A stretch of 64,000 nucleotides of DNA from Chrysomallon squamiferum (lineage: Eukaryota > Animalia > Mollusca): the NCBI GenBank assembly GCA_012295275.1, contig CM022665.1, positions 39,618,001-39,682,000 on the forward strand, read 5' to 3'. A program made the translations under genes and the position numbers. Positions within the stretch are counted from its first letter, which is position 1. Every line of letters begins with the position of its first letter. The notes beneath the pieces are model-generated. The model worked only from the letters and a program-made list of their open reading frames with translations, did not search any database and was not told where the DNA came from. Positions 1 through 15,012 of the stretch are shown here, in pieces.

Positions 1-459
1 TCTCTCTCTCTCTCTCTCTGCACGCCCACCCCTACCCCCCCAAAAAAAACCCAGGCCCTTGCAGACAACATAATTCAGAGATCACCATGTATCTGATATA
101 TATTCACGACTGACAAAGATCTAGACAAAAAATTAAACGAAGCCAGACAGGAATCGAGTCTTCCGATCATTACATCTTTCTAGACACAATCTTTTAATTC
201 ATCTTCATTGATTTCAGTTGAATTAAACTGAATCCATTTCGTTAATCAAGAAATTTCAAATCCGCTCATATCGACTGAAAGTTAAAGCTCGTCTGTCTTG
301 GGCAGACATCTACGTCGTTTTTTTTAAAAAAGGGTGTTAGTGAGTTAGATGGTTTGCTAAATAGAAAGAAGTGTTTATAATGGTTTTATCTCTCCGTAGT
401 CATCCCAGTGTAGGATCTGTTAATGGGATTTGATATTAGCACCTTTCAGCATTTAAAAA

Positions 460-490
460 AACACATACTTATATATACATATAAGTATAG

Positions 491-530
<40 letters not shown>

Positions 531-1175
531 TTTTTTATATATATATATACATGCTCACGTACATATAACTCACAGATACATACATACATATATATATACA
601 TACAAACACATACACGTACATCCTCATGCACATATATACACACATACAAAATACATACATACACACACATACACACATACATACACATACACATACACTC
701 GTACATACATACATACGCGTACATTCACATACGGATATATACACACATGCAAAAGTAAATACATACATACATACACACATACATACATACATGCTACAAA
801 CATACATACATAGATACATATACAAACACACACACACACACACATATATATACACATATAAAAATACATACATACATACATACATACATACATAAATACA
901 TAGATACATACATCTATCTACCTACTTACCTTCATACATGCATACACGCATAGAAACACGTACATACACACATACACATACATACACACATACACATACA
1001 AACACATATATACACACATACAAACACATACACATACACATACACATACAAACACATACATACACATACAAGCACATATATACAACATACAAACACATAC
1101 ACACACATAAACACACACATACATACACAGATAAACACATACACACACATGAACACACATACACACACATACATG
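460..1175. repeat. Compound degenerate (CA)n/(TA)n/(CATA)n microsatellite
   Basis: Continuous ACAC/ATAC/ATAT units; these explain the HT/YI/VCM-rich ORFs here. Confidence 0.95.
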
Positions 1176-1449
1176 CAATTACACGAAAAGAAAATGGCAA
1201 GCAGTGATAATTACACCTCTTCTCTTTGTCGCGTGTGACAGCGCGCAGTTCTCCATCAATACTTAATAACGATGCCAGAATATTGTTTGAAAAACGTCAG
1301 TCGAAACACCGCTTGTAATTACTAACTTGGGATAATGGGCACTTTACTAAAACTGAGAGACCGGTTTTTATCGTGGCATAGCCATCAAAACATCCGTCAG
1401 CTGTGTCTACAATATAAAGCCAGCGAACTGAAATATTAATTATTAATTT

Positions 1450-2100
<651 letters not shown>

Positions 2101-2818
2101 AGAGGTTTATTTTCCGTTTTATAGTGTAAATGGTGTTGAGATCCCAACTCAAAGCATTTCTTATTAAAAAATAATGACGTGAAGAATCACGCTATTGAGC
2201 ACGTTTACCGCATGCGACAGTCATTTAAAGACAGCAACGCCCACCAACACAACACCCTTGGTTACCAACCCGTCATAAGATAGTAGCCACACAAAATGTT
2301 AACTCGTCTCTCATTGGCTGACACGTTGGTATCCAAGATACCTAGATACAAGTGTTTATGTAGGAATGTCATTTGTTCCACAGTCGTTGTCGTATGACGT
2401 ATTGGTTACTGTGGTTTGAAGTATTAAGTTCTACAGCTTATTATTTATATACAAAACACGAGATTACGATATCGGCCAGCTCGAAAATGGCAGATGATTG
2501 CTGTCAGATAAATAGTATATATTCTTTATTTAAAAAAAAAAAATTCAATGGACCTTGAATTGATTTACCAAAGAGTTGTTATGTTGTAAATGTAACTAAA
2601 AACATTGGCTATACAATCGATAGAAAGATACAAAAAAAAAAAAAAAAAAAAAAAGAAACTAGTTTAAACAAGTCACGGATCTGTTTTGTTATGAAACCGC
2701 GTCTCTGTTGAAAAGGTTACCACTTCAGGGGTCCAAAGCTGAATTCTTTTGAGTGAATAAAAAAATGTTTAACACCGTACTGAATATCATGTGCGTAGTA
2801 ACCTAAATTCTGGTAATC

Positions 2819-2869
<51 letters not shown>

Positions 2870-3131
2870 CTCCAGATATGATGATGATGATGATGATGAC
2901 AATAATAATAAAGATTTCATTAGTTAGTTTTTTTTTAAAATTATTTGGACAACGACAACGGCTCGAGTTTGAATTCACAACATGTAATGTGACGCCAATA
3001 AAGTGTAGAATTCTAACATAGAAAATTAATGCTAGATTTTCGCATACGTACGGCAGCCTGTGTTAATAATATTAAGTGTTTGACACAATGTATAACGAAC
3101 GTACAATAACTAGTCAAACGGTCAAAAAATA

Positions 3132-3171
<40 letters not shown>

Positions 3172-3545
3172 TAATGAACGGCATACAATTTCAATCAATT
3201 CCAGTAATGCAGTATCAGTGGAGTATAAAACAAATTAATGTGTTTTTTTCTGGTTTTATTCTGGACACGGCTACACTTTCTCGAAAAAACTGCGATTTAG
3301 AAACAGATTTGTCCAAATATAGAACAAAATAATGTTGATGAAGTTGAAAAGTGCTTAAGATTGTGTTGTTTTCTTAGCTCAATACCAGAGATGTTCGAGG
3401 TGAAATTTTAAATTTTCGAAACGAAACAAAACAAAGCAGAAACAAGAAATAATACCCAGCTTCAAATATTGCACTCCCGTAACCTCCATAAAACCTGAAA
3501 TGGCGAGTCAGAGCAAACACATGGTCGGAGATTAATGTAAAGAAA

Positions 3546-3551
<6 letters not shown>

Positions 3552-3622
<71 letters not shown>

Positions 3623-3849
3623 CTTTCTTTCTCTCTGTCTCTCTCTCTCGTTATCTCATTATCTCGTTCTTTCTCTCTCTCTCTCGTTATCTAGTTATCT
3701 CTCTCTCTTTCACACTGTCTGTCTGTCCGTCTGTCTGTCTGTCTTTCCTATCTTTTTCTTCCCTCCTTCCTTCCTTCTCTCTCTCTCTCGTTCTTTCTTT
3801 CTCTCTGTCTCTCTCTTATCTCGTTATCTCGTTCTCTCTCGTTATCTAG

Positions 3850-3932
<83 letters not shown>

Positions 3933-3975
3933 CTCTCCTCCCCCCCCCTCCTCCCTCCCTCCCCTCCTCTCTCAA
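3552..3975. repeat. (CT)n polypyrimidine tract with internal duplication
   Basis: CT runs; the block CTCTCTCGTTCTTTCTTTCTCTCTGTCTCTCTC occurs near 3613 and again near 3783. Confidence 0.92.
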
Positions 3976-4469
3976 TCTACCTCCATTTCTCCCTTCTTTT
4001 TTTTTTTTTTTTTTTTCTTTAATCAGTACATTAATTATGTAGCTGCCACGAGGAATTCTGAAGAGAGCGCAGTACCTGGAATAGAATGTCAAAGCAGCGG
4101 CCGACGTCTGTTTGGAGATGGATGCGATGTTTTCTTACCAGTCAAGCATAAGCTCGTCCGGTTATTAATTTTCTGAAAAGACTAATCAATGGATGCGTCA
4201 CGGCTTCGTTAACACAGAATTGATTTAACCAAAAGCGTACAGTAATTACTTACTTCAACGTCGTGTATGAATATGAACTAGCTCTAGTCAAGCTTCAGCA
4301 GTCAGAGTGAAAAAAATAAAAAAAAATAAAAAAAAAAAAAAAAAATTCAAAGAAGAAAAGAAAAAAAAAATAATATTGGAATAGTGGAAATAAATATTTC
4401 TTTGAAAACATTGGCCACTTAACGAGGTAATAAATAATCAGATACGTAAAATTTTAACTTAAATCCAGC

Positions 4470-4950
4470 CAGTGGGTTTTGGGATTAGTGATTGCAAGTG
4501 GTTTGTGATTAGTGGTATACAAGTGGTTAATGATTTGTGGTTGGTGATTAGTGGTTTTCAACTGGTATAGAAGTGGTTAGTAATAGTGATCGATGGTTTG
4601 CAAGTGGTTAGTGATTTGTGTTTTAAAAGTGGTTAGTGATCAGTGGTTTACAATGGTTAGTGATTTATGGTTTACAACTGTTATTGAAGTGGTTAGTGAT
4701 TAGTGATCATGGTTTACAAGTGGTTAGTGATCAGCGGTTTAAAAGTGGTTAGTGATTTGTGGTTTAAAAGTGGTTGGTGATTAGTGGTTTACAAACGATT
4801 AGTGATTAATGGCTGGCTACCCCTGGGTAGTAGGAACGAATGGTTATAAAGTATTAGTGATTACAAGGAACCAATGATAAGTAGTTACAAATCATTAGTG
4901 ATTTTGTGATTACAGGTGGTTAGTGATAAGTGATTACAAGTAGTTAATGT
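4470..4950. repeat. Degenerate ~25-bp minisatellite (approx. AAGTGGTTAGTGATTAGTGGTTTAC)
   Basis: AAGTGGTT starts recur 25 bp apart (e.g. 4743, 4768); many diverged copies. Confidence 0.9.
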
Positions 4951-5399
4951 GATTGCATCTTTTAACGTCAAATTATTTTATCAGCTCAGATCAGACGTAT
5001 ATATATATGTATATGTATATGTACATGTATATGTACACAATAACCCAGACAACATAATAAATTACAAGCTGTGTATAATGTTAACACTGGGAGAATGTTA
5101 TGACATGAAAACGATAAACATACATATAAATTCACCTAATTTGATACGTTCTTCTGACACTTCTGCTGGTTTTCGCTACGTTTTGGTAACAAATGCCCGA
5201 TGTCGATAGCAGCATTGAGACAAAAAGTCGATACCATAACTGTCCCAGCGACTATAAAACTGGAATGTGGGAATTGATATGTCTGCAGGCTTTGTCTGTG
5301 CCTGTGATCCGTTTCGTACATATTTTCTCTTTGTTACATATAAAACTTCACTTACTGCTGTTAACAGTCCATGAAGTGGCAATAACGGGCTTTTTCTCA

Positions 5400-5775
5400 A
5401 ATGTTATTGTAATGATGATGATGATAATAATAATAATAATAATAATAATGATGATGATAGTGATGATGATGATGATGATCGTGACAACGATGATGAGGTA
5501 ATGATGGTAATAACAATAATAATAATGATAATGATGATGACAACGATGATGAGATAATGATGGTAATAGCAATAAAAACAATGATAATGATGGTAATAGC
5601 AATAATAACAATGATAATGATGGTAATAGCAATAATAATAATGATATTGATGATGATGATGATAATAGTAGTAGTAGTAGTAACAGTAGTAATAGCAGTA
5701 GTGTTGCAGTAGTAATAAGTATTAACAGTAGTAGTAGTAGTAGCAGCAATAATCATCATCGTCGTCATCATCTTA
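5400..5775. repeat. Compound trinucleotide array (ATG/AAT/AGT) with three 30-bp units
   Basis: GATAATGATGGTAATAGCAATAA at about 5553, 5583 and 5613, within the trinucleotide runs. Confidence 0.9.
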
Positions 5776-6040
5776 ATTAAAAAAAAATTAAATTAATATA
5801 CCTTATTTCAGTTCATACACAAAAATACGAAACCCTACGTAAGTAAAAACATCACGTATATCGAAGCATACCCTATACAGTACTATTGAGTCACTAAGAC
5901 ATAGCAATACTGTTAGATCAAAAAATAAATAGCTATGTAAGTGTGGTTCTATGTATGTAGGGGAGTATATATTTACATATATAATATTCATAACACACAA
6001 ACACACATAAATATATGTATATGTGTACATATGTGTCTGT

Positions 6041-6076
<36 letters not shown>

Positions 6077-6295
6077 AACAACACACATCCTTCATGGGGG
6101 CATACCGTTCTGAAAATGCATTCTTACCAGCAACACTTTTGACATAACTGCTTCCTCATTTCATTGCCTATTTACTTGTTATTTGTGTGAGCCAAGATGT
6201 TCGGTCTGTCTTTATTTACTTTACGGTACACTGGTGTATGTATGTATACTGTCATGTACTGAAGTTTTTGTAGTTTATTTAGTGTGTAAATAAAT

Positions 6296-6313
6296 AAATG
6301 TGTGCGTATGTGT

Positions 6314-6387
<74 letters not shown>

Positions 6388-6420
6388 ACACACAAACTAC
6401 CCCCTAGTGTTATTATCTGG

Positions 6421-6502
<82 letters not shown>
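6296..6502. repeat. Adjacent (GT)n and (GA)n microsatellites
   Basis: Directly visible pure runs. Confidence 0.95.
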
Positions 6503-6507
<5 letters not shown>

Positions 6508-7299
6508 GTAATTCTGATGAAATCCCCAAAACCCATTACACTGAAAATTATTAATTCTGAAACTAAATTATAACGAAATAAACCTTCAGAGACTATTTCA
6601 ACTAACGTGGATAAAAAATTACGTAAATTAATTAAACGAAAGGCAAATCAGGTTACCGAATGCTCTGCTTTCAAGTTTATAACTATTTAATGAAACAAAA
6701 CCATTCTTGCTTCTTTTATTACAAAGCATTTTTGCTCGTATTGTTTCGAACACGTTAAAGATGAAAACAAAACCTAACCGTAGTGGAAAAACACTTAAAA
6801 ATAAAGCGGGATGTTTTGGAATGTTTTAATGATTGTTGTTGTCAATGATTTCGTTTATTCATCCACATTTTCCTAAGGGATTTTTTTCTAATTTCAACTT
6901 GTAAATTTTTTTTTTTTGTTTTCTGTTTTTTTGTTTTTTTTAATAAGGAAAGTTTGCTCGTTATATTAACTATGTTTTTCCTCGGAGAAAGGGAAAGTGA
7001 AATTTTGTATCATTTATTCTGAGATAATTAAAATCTGCTAAACCATTTTACCTCGAATGCTACAATGCTACTGAAAATCGTGATGGTGAGATGTTCAAAT
7101 AAAAGTACCAATAAAATAGATAAAAATAGATAAAAATAGATAAAAATAGATAAAAATAAATAAAATAAAACAAAACAAAAACAAAAATAAAAATAACAAC
7201 AATAAAGGTATTGCCCACAAACTGTTATTTTCTGTTATGGTTTATGTTCACACACACATACACCTATATACACACACATACATACATACATACATACAT

Positions 7300-7388
<89 letters not shown>

Positions 7389-7905
7389 TATATGTGTGTG
7401 TGTGCGTGTATGTGAAAAACACGACTGTTAACACAGACCAACGAAAAACTGTTTAACCAGTGCAATGAACGTTACGATCCCACTGATGTTCCAGTACGTC
7501 CTGGGACTAACGTTTTCTTAGTAAAACGATATTCACTCCATCGCGAACGTGTACTGTAACACACGTATATGTAATACAATTACTTTCCTCACCAACTTCA
7601 CTAAGCATCTTCAGTGAGCCAGAATAGCAAAGTGTTACCGTGTTTGAATTAGGAGGGGTGAATTCCAAGAGACGACTCTGAACTGAAACTGCAATAAGAA
7701 AAGAAATTACATAACTGAAACCAAAAGATAAAAAAAAAGGAAAAATAAATAATGGAAAAAAAACAGAATAATAAAAAAAGAAAGTCACACCAAAAGCTAT
7801 AACTAAAAAAAAGGAAAAAAAAAAAAAAAAAAAAAAAACACAGAGTAAAACAACAAACAATGAAACCCTTCTCAGCAGCTACACAATCAAACCAGACGGC
7901 CGAGA

Positions 7906-7913
7906 TGACGTCA
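7906..7913. promoter_or_regulatory. Palindromic CRE (TGACGTCA) inside a CpG-rich block (~7890-8320)
   Basis: Exact CREB/ATF consensus in locally CpG-dense unique sequence; function not shown. Confidence 0.35.
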
Positions 7914-8984
7914 CGATCTTGTACAAACTATCGGGTTTCGGGATCGCTTCTCGATAGTTCGCGAATTTAACACTGTGACAAAAGTTGATTGCTTAATCGC
8001 TCCGAGTTGGCATGTTAAACTGCAGCCGCCGCTTAATCTGCGACCTCAGACGAACGCCTTGTGGGACTGCGTGCTTGCACGCAACAACAGTCAATGAATA
8101 TTCTGACTTCTGATTGCAGACGTGGTCATTGTAATACCTTGTCTAGCACGCTATAACAGTTTCGTGTTAACGTTGGTCGTTAACAGGCCGCTGCGGTCTC
8201 TCAAGGCTTGCGGGGATTTGGGAAGCGATCCAAGAAGCCATGGAGCAGAGATCATCTGAGGGGGAAAAGTGGAGATATCATGAACACGTCGCGAGATAAA
8301 GGACCGATTCAGCAGTGGAGAAACAAAAGATATTGTTAGAAAGACGTCACAGAGATATAAAGAAGACAAGGAACAGTGGGTCGACTTCACAGTACAGAGA
8401 TGCGTAAGATATTGCCAAAAAAAACAAAACGCCAAGGAATAATGGCTCGGCTCCTCTTTGGAGAAGAATGACATATTGCCAAAAAGACACGGGATATTAA
8501 ATTGACTACTCAGTGGAAAAAAAAAGATATGAGAGTACTGCCAAATAGAGAGAACACTGTGGCTTGTTTGTGTTCAGTCACTGTGGACAAACAGAGCTGT
8601 ACGGGTTACTGGAGCTCTGAACGTGAACATACTTACGATATCTATCTGAAAATCTCAAGATAGTTTTTACTGAAAACGTAAAGGATTTCTTCCGTACTAT
8701 TTAATTGCGTATATAATATTATGTTCATGCGACAATCACCGTTTTTCATTACGACGAAAACATGGCGAAAAAAATAATTATCTTATTTATAACGCTGATA
8801 TCGAGATGCCTTTCTAGTTCAGTGTTTGTAAGTTGATAAGTTAGTAACTGCACTAAACTGTGGCTTACTGCTGTATTAAAAAAATCAGTCAGCTCTAATC
8901 CTAGTGTCGTGATCATTGTGCCATATCAGATGCCGTCTGATGGAATAAACCAAAAAATTTGCTTAGAATAAATACAATCAGCGA

Positions 8985-9073
8985 GCAGACGGCTGCTGGC
9001 GTGCAGACGATAAGAGCAGACGAGAGCGCAGACGATCAATGCGGGCAAACGCTAGCGCCAGTTGATGCAGACG
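8985..9073 (+). repeat. Cluster of five GCAGACG motifs plus one GCAAACG
   Basis: GCAGACG at 8985, 9003, 9016, 9028 and 9067; GCAAACG at 9045. Confidence 0.8.
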
Positions 9074-9330
9074 AAAGTTTGGTGTCCATCGACCTCCGTT
9101 TTAACCCAGTCGATCGATAGCTGACTCTTGTCGTTAACGGCGACAAAGATGGACGCAGTTGGAACCACAATCGTAGGGATTTATCAGTATCAGAATAGAG
9201 TTTTCACTAATCGTATTTGCAAACGCGTTAACAAATACATCAGCGTGTTCATAACCAGAAAGCCTGGTGTAGTCCAGTTTCATGTTTCTGTCCAGCTAAA
9301 TTTTTCATATTTTTCATACCTGTCATTGCA

Positions 9331-9371
<41 letters not shown>

Positions 9372-9902
9372 ATGTATTATGTTTTTATTATAGTGGTTGT
9401 TGTTGTCATTCTTCTTATTATTATTTAATTTTATTTTATTTTATTGGATATCCAGCTGCACAATAAATAATTTCAAGCGAGTCAGAAAATATATAAAAAT
9501 ACGTAATTATCATATCTCTTTCCTGTGTAGCTGATAAAAAGAACACGCGGGTTTTGATCCCAATAAACCATAATTTATGATCTAATAACTTAACCACAAC
9601 TGTGGTCTATGTTGTAAGAATATATCTACAGCAAATATTTCACTAAACGTGTGTTTTATTTATAACCCTCTTGTCCAATCCATTAGTCGCCATGATGGCT
9701 CTGAAATCGCTTCAGACTTTAGATACGTTAAGCGTATTGCTTTAGTGAAACTGTGAGATGAAAAATGAATCCCAGAATATGACGTCGTTGTTTACGCTGT
9801 TTTAAATGCAATCTGTAAAGCAAGCATGTAAAAGGGGATTATATCCTTGCGTTCTCTATTTGTCATCATGCCGTAAGAGGCTGATTAAAACATCACATCA
9901 TA

Positions 9903-10105
9903 TTTTTTTATGTTAACATTTCGAGTAAAAAAAAAAATCTTTTTTTTTTTTTTCTTTATGCTAACATTTTGGGTAAAAAAAAAAAAAAATCTTGTTTATT
10001 TTTTTTATGCCAACATTTTCAGCAAAAAAAAAAAAAAAAAAAAAAAAATTCTGGTTTTTATGTTGTTGTTTTTTCTGCTAACATTTGAAGTAAAAAAAAG
10101 TAAAT
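9903..10105. repeat. ~50-bp degenerate tandem repeat with alternating T- and A-tracts
   Basis: About four units of T-tract + ATGYYAACATTT + A-tract (last unit more diverged). Confidence 0.8.
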
Positions 10106-10603
10106 CTTCAGCACAGGTCACAACGACCCTTGATCACCAAACCTTCCGAATCTCGCTGCTGCAGGATCTTAACACACAACAGCTCGAAGATAACAATGTG
10201 TGTCTGACTGTGAAATCCGTTTCTTCAGTTAATAAACTGAGGCGGTCGCTTCATTACCCAATGCAACAAATATTTCCTCAGACTAAAAGTGAACAGTTAT
10301 TTTACACCTTGTCTGAGCGGCAGGGCGCGCGAGGTTGACAGCGTCAGAACGATGTTTTCAATTAGCCTGAAAGAACACAGTGAACGGCAAATTTACTCAA
10401 GCCGTAATCATCCATTTTGTTATTTGTTTTCCGCGACAGTTTTCCGCGAGCTCGTCTTTAACTCGCGGATTATTATTAAAAAATTTTTATTTTTTATTTT
10501 TTTTATTTTTCTGCTTAAACTGTGCCGTAATTAAATGTTAAGTTCTACGTTTTGAACAACGAAATCAAACGAGTAAAAGCAGAGTAATTAGATAAACTTA
10601 CGG

Positions 10604-10650
<47 letters not shown>

Positions 10651-11090
10651 AGCTAGACGTATTAAGTTTACGTTCTAATTAATCAGTTATTTGATTTAGC
10701 GCTAAATGAGTGTTTTGATGGATAAGGAAATAAAGCAAGACGAGTAATTATTTTATTGTTTGTTTCGTGTTACGACTTTCAATTTTGATTAATAGAAAGA
10801 AGAAATAAACCCGATACTCTGTAAAGAAAGAAGAAACTAATACGCAAAAAAAACTTCCCTTCGCTGATAATCTGAATGAAAAGTCGATGGTTTTGCCGGA
10901 CCATTTTTCTTCTCACAGACGATGAAATGGAAAAAAAAGATAAGAAAAAAAAAAAGGGAATATATTACAACAAAATTCCTGTCATATTTCCTTAAAGTAT
11001 TGCCAAAATATCCATTGCAATAATTAATACAATCTATCAACGATAACAGTTCTGTCAAAATATTCATCACAGTAATTCCAGCAATCTTTT

Positions 11091-11360
11091 TTTTTACGTT
11101 AAGTGTATTTCCCAAATAATTCTTACAGTGTTTTTATGTTAAGTGTATTGCCCAAATAATTCTTACAGTGTTTTTATGTTAAATGTATTGCCCAAATAAT
11201 TTTTACAGTGTTTTTATGTTAAAAATATTGCCCAGATAATTCTTAGTGTTTTTATGTTAAATGTATTGCCCAGATAATTCTTTCAGTCTTTTTATGTTAA
11301 GCGTATTCCCAAAATAATTCTTACAATCTTTTTATGTTAAATGTATTGTCTAAATAACCA
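11091..11360. repeat. 40-bp minisatellite (TTTTTATGTTAAGTGTATTGCCCAAATAATTCTTACAGTG), about 6.5 copies
   Basis: Equivalent positions at 11101, 11141, 11181 and 11221, then one 38-bp unit and further copies. Confidence 0.95.
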
Positions 11361-13070
11361 TTACAATAATTCCCATACTTTTTTTTTCGCATATGATGGC
11401 ATATTAAAAAATGTTGTCACAATATTCAACAAATAAATCTGTAGTATCTGTATATTAATGTCCAACACAACAATACCCATAATTTCTCCCTTATTATAGT
11501 AGCAAAGTAAAAAATGAAATAAAAAAAATAAAAATAAAAAAAGAAGAAAAAAGAGTCTCATCTAAATATACCAACCCAATAAATTACAACATTCTGTTAA
11601 ATTAAATACCTGCCAGAAAACACCAGGGTATCAGAATGACACCGGTATTGAACTTCTGAAGGAGAAATACATTAGCGTTTTGTGTCGTCGGATATTGCTC
11701 GCGGTGACGTTAATATTGCTTTAGATGGAGATCTCTGTTTTTATTATACGTTTTGACATAAAAACAATATCTGCAGTCGACTCGTGTGGACTGTTAACAG
11801 GTTTTTGTTGACGGAGAACAGTGTGAGAGTTGACTGAAGTCTAAGGTAACGCCGAACTGAATGGATTTTTGGTCTCGTGTGTGGGACGTCAGAGGACGGA
11901 TCTGAAATGTAGAAGCGAGACTGTTATTTGTTGGTTCGGTTGTTTAGTACTCGAGTGATGTGTCTGTTCTTGTTCATTTGTTGTGCGTAATGGGCCTAAC
12001 AGTTATTTATTGCACATTTAGGCCGGATGGTTATTTATTAGTTTGTTTGACTGATGTGTTATTTATTTATTCATTTATTTATTTTATTTGTTTGTTTATT
12101 TGTTTGTTTGTTTATTTATTTATTGTTATTATTCTTGTTATTATTGTTGTTATTATCATTATCATTATTTTTATCATTATCACTATTATTGTTATCATCA
12201 TCATCGTCATTATCATCAATATCATCATTATTATTATTACATAATGGACGTGATATTTTATCAGTGCTTAAAATGGATATTTATTTGTTTTTATTACTGT
12301 TTATTGGTTTATTCGTATGATCTGGCGTGCCTGACATTAATTTTATGACGTAATGAAGTCGGATGCTTATTTATTTGCTTCTTTAATGTTTAATTAGTAT
12401 TTGTTTGTTATTTATTTGTTTGTTCAGCTGGAATATACAAATTAATAAAGGTACCAATTTGGCATCGTTCTCTTATTTAGCTTACGAAAGGAATCGGCTG
12501 GTTTCGATTCTGCAATTCATAAAGTTTATAACCTATAAGGACTTAGGGCAGTCTGCTAAGGAAATATCATAGCACTTACAAATTTGTTATCTGTCTCTGC
12601 ATGTATGCACACACATGTACATATAAAACCAAAATTCTAAAATGCTTCTATAATTCTCACGTGGTCCATTACGATCTTAAGCAAGAACAAAAGATCCAGC
12701 ACTAACCAATCGATAAAAGCATTCGCTGAATGTGTGATTGTCCCATTCTTATTTACTGACAGGCTTAGACAATCGATAAATTCACCGACATAAATGGAGA
12801 TAATACAAAAACGCAGGAAGAAGACAGTAATCACAAGCACCCTCTAGGAAATTACAAGAGACGAATTCTACCATCGGCGATCTGTTGTCGAGGTAAATGA
12901 AAATCGTCTGACATTTTTCAATTTCGTCATAAATCATAGAAACCGGAAATCGGAAGGCAGCACGAAAGAGAATATAATTTATTAATCATGTTTGTAAATG
13001 ATTGTGTTAAACACGTAAACAAATATCTCCGTGCACTTTCTTCGTCTTCCTCGTTGTCCTTCTCTTCCTC

Positions 13071-13111
<41 letters not shown>

Positions 13112-14943
13112 AAAACCAAAACAAATACCCCCCCCGCCAAAAAACCCAACAACAAACAAACAAACAAACAAACAAAACAAAACAGTAAACAAAAAACCTC
13201 TTCTACCATCATCGTGTCTCAATCAAACAGTATCTGGAATATCGAGACTATTTTATTATTGTTATTATTATTATTATTATTATTATCATTATTATTATTA
13301 TTGTTATTATTATTATTATTATTATTTTTATTTTTATTTTTATTTTCCGCCATCTTTCATGTAAACCATATCGGGTTTAGCGGAACGTTCTCGCTTTTCG
13401 AGATTGTATTAAAAAAAAAAAAAAAAAACCCACCAAAAATCCACTCCCAAACATATGAAGTAGAGATATACGTATACATATTAACAATGATCAGTCGATA
13501 TCAGTGCACTCGTGTTTGGCTAATTCTATTTTCCTATCGGTTGTGTAGCAGATGTTTGCATATATCGAATCACCAGTAAATAATTAAAACGTTTTTATCA
13601 GCACCAGGTGATGCACAGCAGGCCGACCAGAATTTGTTCTACATCCCCGAAGTAATGTTTCATGACGTTTAAAATATTGTTGGTGCTATTTATTTATTTA
13701 TTTATTTATTTATTTATATGTTTATACTGATTGTTTGTTTGTTTGTTTGTTTTTTTGTTTTTTTAAATTTTGTTTTTTTATTATTAATTAGTTAATTTAA
13801 TTTAATTTACAGTAATGTTGGACGAAGATTTAAATATGTTTAATGTTATTTATTTATTTATTTTATTATTTTAAATAATATTTAATTTACATTTTTTTTT
13901 GATATTATTTTGTGTTTTACGTTATTTATATATTTTGTTTGTTTGTTTATTTGTTTATTTATTTATTTATTTATTTTATTTTATTATTTTACGTAATATT
14001 TAATAAAGTTTTAAATACTTTCTGCGTTTATTTATTTAGATATTTTGCTTGTTTATTTATTTACTTATTTGTTTGTGTATTTTATAGTAACGTTTAATGG
14101 AGTTTTAAACAAGTTTGGTATTTATTTATTTGTTTGATTATTTATTTAGAAGTTACCAGACACACATGCATGGAGTTACAGACACAATAAAGACCTTGTT
14201 GTGTTTACATGTTATGTATGTACGCAATTCTTTGTCTCTCGTTATTCTGGCGTTCATTTATTTTCGTAGGAAACCTGGCAAGTATGTATTTAGAAATCAA
14301 TATTCTCTGTCTTATGTCGGTATGATCTGACTCTGCACTTAGACAGTGTTCGAGAACAGATCGACTCAGAAGGACGAAGTTCAATCACGACCACAGACAC
14401 GCTGTTGATGCCGCTGACGAGACTCGAACGTATGGCACCCAGTCGAAATCACTCCCTCTGTCTATGTGTGTGTGTGTGCGTGCGTGCGTGTGTGTGTGTG
14501 TGTAAATGTGGTCATGGATATGTTTACGTCTCCATCCATGGATAGGTATATTATATATATATATATATATATATAATTACGGTACGATATTAACATGATT
14601 TTGCCATTAATATCATATGAGAAAATCGAAGTATAAACATAGTGTTTGATATAACTGTTGTTATGTGTGTAAAAAAAAAAAAACACCCTCACTAAATACT
14701 GCTGTTATACAGTTTTATCTCGTTTCAGTGTATTGTTTAATTCGTCACAGATGGTGTTATTTAAGATTCGTATCAGAATGATGAAAACGCTGATATCATT
14801 TGATAACTGATTGTAAAGCATAGGATTAGGTTTTTAGAGAAGTAAAATATTAGACGATCAAGTTACCGTTGGAAATCAAAGAATACTCCAACATGCAAGA
14901 AGGGGAGAGAGAGACAGAGAGACATATATATATAGAGGCGCGC

Positions 14944-15012
<69 letters not shown>

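Noticed and set aside
1224-1247. miR-210-like sequence (GCGTGTGACAGCG, 1231-1243)
   Set aside because: There is a 13-nt match to mature miR-210 as I recall it, but an extra C disrupts the seed and there is no complementary upstream arm for a precursor hairpin.
11091-11360. CRISPR-like array (also considered for 18218-18510 and 62172-62290)
   Set aside because: Units are contiguous tandem copies without unique spacers; no cas genes; eukaryotic context.
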